This document shows positions 26,421 through 30,424 of a DNA stretch of 30,424 nucleotides, in pieces (position 1 is the first letter of the stretch; every line of letters starts with the position of its first letter). Position numbers and translations under genes: made by a program. The stretch comes from a virus (taxonomy: Duplodnaviria; Caudoviricetes), in IMG/VR virus record IMGVR_UViG_3300020045_005324, positions 1-30,424 of that record. One strand, given 5' to 3'. The notes under the pieces were generated by a model. It was not told the origin of the DNA. It was given only the letters and a program-made list of their open reading frames with translations, and did no database searches.

Positions 26421-26630
26421 ATGGAAGCGAAAGAAAAAGCATTAGAATTGGCAAATAAAATGTATTACGTTCACGGGAAAATAGATTCAGATATGGCAAT
26501 TCAATGTGCTTTAATAGCAGTTGGTGAAATGATTGAATTTCACGGAAATTATTGTAGCGAATGTCAAGACGACCAAGATAAAAAGCTACAATATTTATTA
26601 GAAGTAAAACAAGAAATTGAAAAATTATGA
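26421..26630 (+). CDS. Hypothetical protein
   Basis: KEKA.EL...CALIAV.E...EVKQEIEKL pattern. Confidence 0.7.
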   Translation: MEAKEKALELANKMYYVHGKIDSDMAIQCALIAVGEMIEFHGNYCSECQDDQDKKLQYLLEVKQEIEKL

Positions 26631-26830
26631 AAACATACTTAACAGCCTTACAAGCCATCGACAACACTGATGGCTTGTTAAAACAATTCATTGGTCAAAA
26701 TATTATAGCAAATAATTGGCAATAAGCAGAAGAAATATGCAATGTATCATTTCAATTTTTTACCGTATTAGGAGAAAAAATATGTGAATACAACGAAAAT
26801 ATGGAGATAGTTGATGTTAGTTTGAATTAA
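26627..26830 (+). pseudogene. Hypothetical protein with one in-frame TAA (26723-26725)
   Basis: MKTYLTALQAID...NNWQ*AEEIC...VSLN; coupled start, frame stays open after the stop. Confidence 0.55.
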
Positions 26831-26848
26831 TTTTGTAAATTTGGACTT

Positions 26849-27076
26849 ATGGCATATATTAAATTTTTAGAAATAAAAGATACGGGCAAAACAAAGGTTT
26901 TTTCAATTGAGTCTAATGACGGGTATATTTTAGGTTTTATATCTTGGTATTCTGGATGGAGAAGATATGTTTTTAAACCAAGCAACGAAACTATATTTGA
27001 TGCTAAATGTTTAGAAGAAATTGTTTTGTTTATAAATGAATTGATGACTAACCGAAAAAGCAATGGCACTAACTGA
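26849..27076 (+). CDS. Hypothetical protein
   Basis: LG.I.WY..WRRY.F.P motif; TAAATTTG promoter-like motif at 26836. Confidence 0.7.
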   Translation: MAYIKFLEIKDTGKTKVFSIESNDGYILGFISWYSGWRRYVFKPSNETIFDAKCLEEIVLFINELMTNRKSNGTN

Positions 27077-27590
27077 AAAACAAGAGGCATTTTGTCAAGC
27101 GTATATTGAAAACAGCAATAAAAATGAAGCATATAGAATCGCTTATGATGCTGATTCAATGGGCGCAAATTCTGTTAATGTAGCTGCTCAGGAGTTGTTT
27201 AAAAACCCTATTATTACCCTACGAATAGAAGAATTACAAAACGAAATAAAAGAACGTAATAAAATAAGGATTGATGATGTTTTATCAGTTCTTACTGATA
27301 TGATAAAATTCGATATATCAGAGCTTTACGATGAAAACGACAATCTTAAATCTATTCACGATATACCAAAACAACACAGGCAAATGATTACTTCTATGAA
27401 ATCTGATCATTTATATGGTGGAAAAGAAATAATTGGCGAAACAAAAGAAATTAAAACATTAAACAAACTCGATGTTATTGAAAAGTTTATGAAACACTTA
27501 GGCGGATATGAAAAAGATAATTCACAGAAGAAACCAGAGCCTTTATCATCAATAAACGTTAGAATAATCGAAAATAACGATGACGAGTAA
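27063..27590 (+). CDS. terS: Terminase small subunit
   Basis: LTEKQEAFCQAYI......AYR.AY; directly upstream of TerL. Confidence 0.9.
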   Translation: MALTEKQEAFCQAYIENSNKNEAYRIAYDADSMGANSVNVAAQELFKNPIITLRIEELQNEIKERNKIRIDDVLSVLTDMIKFDISELYDENDNLKSIHDIPKQHRQMITSMKSDHLYGGKEIIGETKEIKTLNKLDVIEKFMKHLGGYEKDNSQKKPEPLSSINVRIIENNDDE

Positions 27591-28983
27591 TTCAATTGAT
27601 TTTTTAGCCACAAAAGTATTTAAAGATATTTGGACAGCTTCACAATCTGGAAATTATAAGTTAATAGTTGAAGAGGGAAGTTCAAGAAGCTCTAAAACAT
27701 GGAGCAACTTCCAAAATTTATTCCTTGATTTATTTGAAAACCCATTAACAACATGCACAATTCTAAGAGACACGCAAAAATCTTGCCGTGAAATTGTTGA
27801 AATAGATTGGGTTAAATGGCTTTCTGATCCAATGGGTAGAAAAAAAGAATTAGAAAATAAAAAAATAACCGTTATTGAGTTTGACGCTTACTTGAAAAAA
27901 GAAAGTCTTTTAAAATACTTCTTAAGAAATAAAACCAATCACACTTGGACATTTTTACACAATAACTCATTTATTAGATTTACCGGGCTAGATGATGAAG
28001 ACGATGCTATGGGCATGACTCAAGATATATGTTGGATAAACGAACCATATAAGTTTTCTCACGAAGTTTATAAACAATTATCTCAAAGAACATCAAAATA
28101 TATTTTATTCGATTGGAATCCAAAACAAACACATTGGGTAAATGAGGAAAAGCGTAAAGAAAATACAATTACTTTATTTTCTACATTTGAAGACAACCCA
28201 TTTTGTCCAATAGAATCAAAAATACAAATACAATCTTATCAACCAGTTGAGCAATGCGATGTTGTTTTAAAAGATATTTTAAGTACTTTAGAGTGCAAAA
28301 ATTATGATGTTGATGTAAATATAAAAGACTTCACAAAAAGACAGATAAACGAAATTAATCGGTGTATTTACAATGAATCAATAAATAGCGCGTCTTTATA
28401 TCATTGGCTAGTTTTTGGTCGTGGTTTGAAGTCTGAAAAACCAAATCGAATATTCAAAGGATGGAAAACGTTATCAAATGCAGACTTTGAGAAATTGCCA
28501 TATCAATCATATTACGGACTTGACTTTGGATTAAGTGCTCCAACCGCTTTGGTAGAAATGAAATTTGATGGAGATGAGAATTACTTCTTTAAAGAACGAT
28601 TATATAAACCTTTAAACGATATTAAAGGCAGTCTGTCGGACGAATTTGAGAGTTTGGGAATACCAAAATACGTTCAAATTATTTGTGATAGCGGAAATGA
28701 ATTAAACAAAGAGGAATCACGTAAACTTAAAAATTCAGGTTACAACGTAATTAATGCTAAAAAAGGAAGTGGATCTATTTCAGCTGGAATTGAAACAATG
28801 CAAAAAAGTAAAATTCATTATACCAAGGAATCTTTAAATATCGAATTAGAATATGAACAATATTCCTGGAAAATATGGCAAGGAATACAAATGGATATGC
28901 CAGAAGAGAATGGAGACGACCACTCACTCGATGCCGCAAAATACGTTATTTCTTGGTTTGTTAAAGTTTTTCGTTTAAGTTAA
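27580..28983 (+). CDS. terL: Terminase large subunit (PBSX-like)
   Basis: EGSSRSSKT Walker A, WINE Walker B, DWNP, STF.DNPF, GLDFG, DDH.LDA.KY. Confidence 0.93.
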   Translation: MTSNSIDFLATKVFKDIWTASQSGNYKLIVEEGSSRSSKTWSNFQNLFLDLFENPLTTCTILRDTQKSCREIVEIDWVKWLSDPMGRKKELENKKITVIEFDAYLKKESLLKYFLRNKTNHTWTFLHNNSFIRFTGLDDEDDAMGMTQDICWINEPYKFSHEVYKQLSQRTSKYILFDWNPKQTHWVNEEKRKENTITLFSTFEDNPFCPIESKIQIQSYQPVEQCDVVLKDILSTLECKNYDVDVNIKDFTKRQINEINRCIYNESINSASLYHWLVFGRGLKSEKPNRIFKGWKTLSNADFEKLPYQSYYGLDFGLSAPTALVEMKFDGDENYFFKERLYKPLNDIKGSLSDEFESLGIPKYVQIICDSGNELNKEESRKLKNSGYNVINAKKGSGSISAGIETMQKSKIHYTKESLNIELEYEQYSWKIWQGIQMDMPEENGDDHSLDAAKYVISWFVKVFRLS

Positions 28984-28994
28984 ATAAAAATTAC

Positions 28995-29002
28995 TATATT
29001 TG
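28995..29002 (+). promoter_or_regulatory. Bacteroidota -7 promoter element
   Basis: TATATTTG matches TAnnTTTG upstream of the portal gene. Confidence 0.55.
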
Positions 29003-29035
29003 CTTTAATTATTAATGTTGTGAAACATCGATTAT

Positions 29036-30214
29036 ATGGGATTATTTGGATTATGGGGTAAAAGCGTTAATGTGGAGAGAGACCGCACTGGTGCTTTTAC
29101 CTATTCTTTTTTAGATCAGGATGGTTTTACAAATTCTACAAAGTATTTAGAATTATCTTTAACAAACCCTGTGTTAATTGCTATAATTGCTTTGCGTTCA
29201 AAAATATACTCTCAAATGAAAATTACTCATTTGAACAGCGCGGGTAAACCAATTGAAAACAGCGAGATAATTAAATTATTCAAACAACCTAATTATTTTC
29301 AATCACAAGAAGATTTTTTCTTCCAGCAAATGTGGTTTTTAAGTGCAGCAGGAACAAATTACACTTACAAAGTTGATGCTTTAAATTCCACAAAAGCAAT
29401 ATTCAATCTTATTCCTTCTGAAATAGATTTAAATAATACTGAGAAAGTTAAGTCTTTTATATATACAAAAGCTGAATTAAAAGCGTATGGAGACAAGAAA
29501 ATTATCTATAAATTAGACGGTCAAACATTCGAAATCAAACTAAAAGATATTATTCCAACTTATGACCTTGCCAATGGATTAGCCTTAAATTCATTAATGA
29601 GTTCTCCTTCGCGTTTAAAAGGAATTTCTAAAACAATTGAAAACATCGAAGAAAATTTACTATCTAAAAATGTAAATTTAAAGATGAGCCAAAAATATCT
29701 TATGGCAAGTCAAGGCGATGGAAACGAAGCGCAAATTCAAGATACTGACCGTAAAGATATATTCTCTAAAATTGCCAAAAAATCATTATTAATTACAAAT
29801 GCAAATATCAAAGCTCAACATTTAGTGAGTGATATGAAAAGATTGTATTTAGACGAGCAATTTTCTAGTGATGCTTTAACATGTTTAAATGCTTTTGATA
29901 TGTCTAAGGATGTTTTGAATTATTTCAGCAATGGATCAAGTACATACGAGAATAAAGAAAAGGCAATGTTAGATTATGTGCAAAACAGCATCCAAACAGA
30001 CGCTAATAACACAATGAACAGTTTTGCCAGTGCTTTTGGATTAATTGATAAAGACGAGTCGTTGGTTGCTACTTATAATCATTTGCCAGTTATGCAATTA
30101 GTAATGAAAACTAAAATAGAAACATTGGCAGCATATCAAGCTACTTTAATTTACGAAACACAGGAAGAACAAAAACGATTTAGTAATAATTTTAAATTAA
30201 TATTAGGATTATGA
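29036..30214 (+). CDS. Portal protein (HK97-like)
   Basis: Directly after TerL; L.KQPNYFQS..DF, G.NY.Y, S.SRL, STYENKE motifs. Confidence 0.85.
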   Translation: MGLFGLWGKSVNVERDRTGAFTYSFLDQDGFTNSTKYLELSLTNPVLIAIIALRSKIYSQMKITHLNSAGKPIENSEIIKLFKQPNYFQSQEDFFFQQMWFLSAAGTNYTYKVDALNSTKAIFNLIPSEIDLNNTEKVKSFIYTKAELKAYGDKKIIYKLDGQTFEIKLKDIIPTYDLANGLALNSLMSSPSRLKGISKTIENIEENLLSKNVNLKMSQKYLMASQGDGNEAQIQDTDRKDIFSKIAKKSLLITNANIKAQHLVSDMKRLYLDEQFSSDALTCLNAFDMSKDVLNYFSNGSSTYENKEKAMLDYVQNSIQTDANNTMNSFASAFGLIDKDESLVATYNHLPVMQLVMKTKIETLAAYQATLIYETQEEQKRFSNNFKLILGL

Positions 30215-30339
30215 GCCGATACATTAACTATAGAAGTGATTTTACTAAAGAAGTAAAAAATACTGAATTAACTCAGGCACAAATTGAGAAATTAAAATCA
30301 GATAAAGAAAAACAAATGCCTAAAATTATCAAAAAATGA
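30211..30339 (+). CDS. Small hypothetical protein (42 aa)
   Basis: Read by eye; ATGA-coupled on both sides. Confidence 0.55.
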   Translation: MSRYINYRSDFTKEVKNTELTQAQIEKLKSDKEKQMPKIIKK

Positions 30340-30424
30340 TAAAAGTATTAGAGTTTCCAAATAAAGAGTTTTCCACACAAGAAGAACTTTTCAAAGCATT
30401 AAAAGATAATAAAAAAGAATTAAT
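30336..30424 (+). CDS. N-terminus of putative prohead protease/head protein (partial)
   Basis: MIKVLEFPNKEFSTQEELFKALKDNK..., open to the window end; product inferred from position. Confidence 0.45.
   Translation, partial: MIKVLEFPNKEFSTQEELFKALKDNKKEL

Noticed and set aside
549-26830. Stop-codon reassignment suggested by two in-frame TAA codons
   Set aside because: TAA terminates many intact genes here and the long genes are uninterrupted in code 11; isolated lesions explain it better
3801-27613. Antisense or nested ORFs inside long genes (e.g. 3801, 5010, 6243, 15489, 17490, 23001, 24556, 27407)
   Set aside because: Shadow frames of well-supported genes with no recognisable motifs
1-30424. 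Integrase, prophage att sites, tRNA or rRNA genes
   Set aside because: None recognised; lifestyle cannot be assigned from this window

Overview
Positions ~1460-30424 look like most of an AT-rich tailed phage (Caudoviricetes) of a Bacteroidota host, probably Flavobacteriaceae, judged from TAnnTTTG promoters, absent Shine-Dalgarno sites, and DUF3127 and BT4734/VirE genes. Gene order: end of a major capsid gene, tube-like protein, portal, head-tail and tail-fibre genes, lysis cassette, a leftward accessory operon, a divergent control region, early genes, DNA methylase, recombination module with a GIY-YIG endonuclease, metallophosphoesterase, helicase, primase-helicase, iteron origin, VRR-NUC, TerS, TerL and a second portal. 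Positions 1-~1460 are visibly GC-richer, use sigma70 promoters and SD sites, and join abruptly into the capsid gene, so they are probably foreign (chimera). Two non-coding systems stand out. (1) Three promoter-proximal leaders share one two-hairpin architecture whose 6-nt loops are perfectly complementary within each copy but differ between copies (a candidate kissing-loop RNA). (2) An integron-like attI/attC cassette array has no integrase in the window, and a small RHH-like gene sits where intI would be. All family assignments come from motif recognition by eye; no searches were run.
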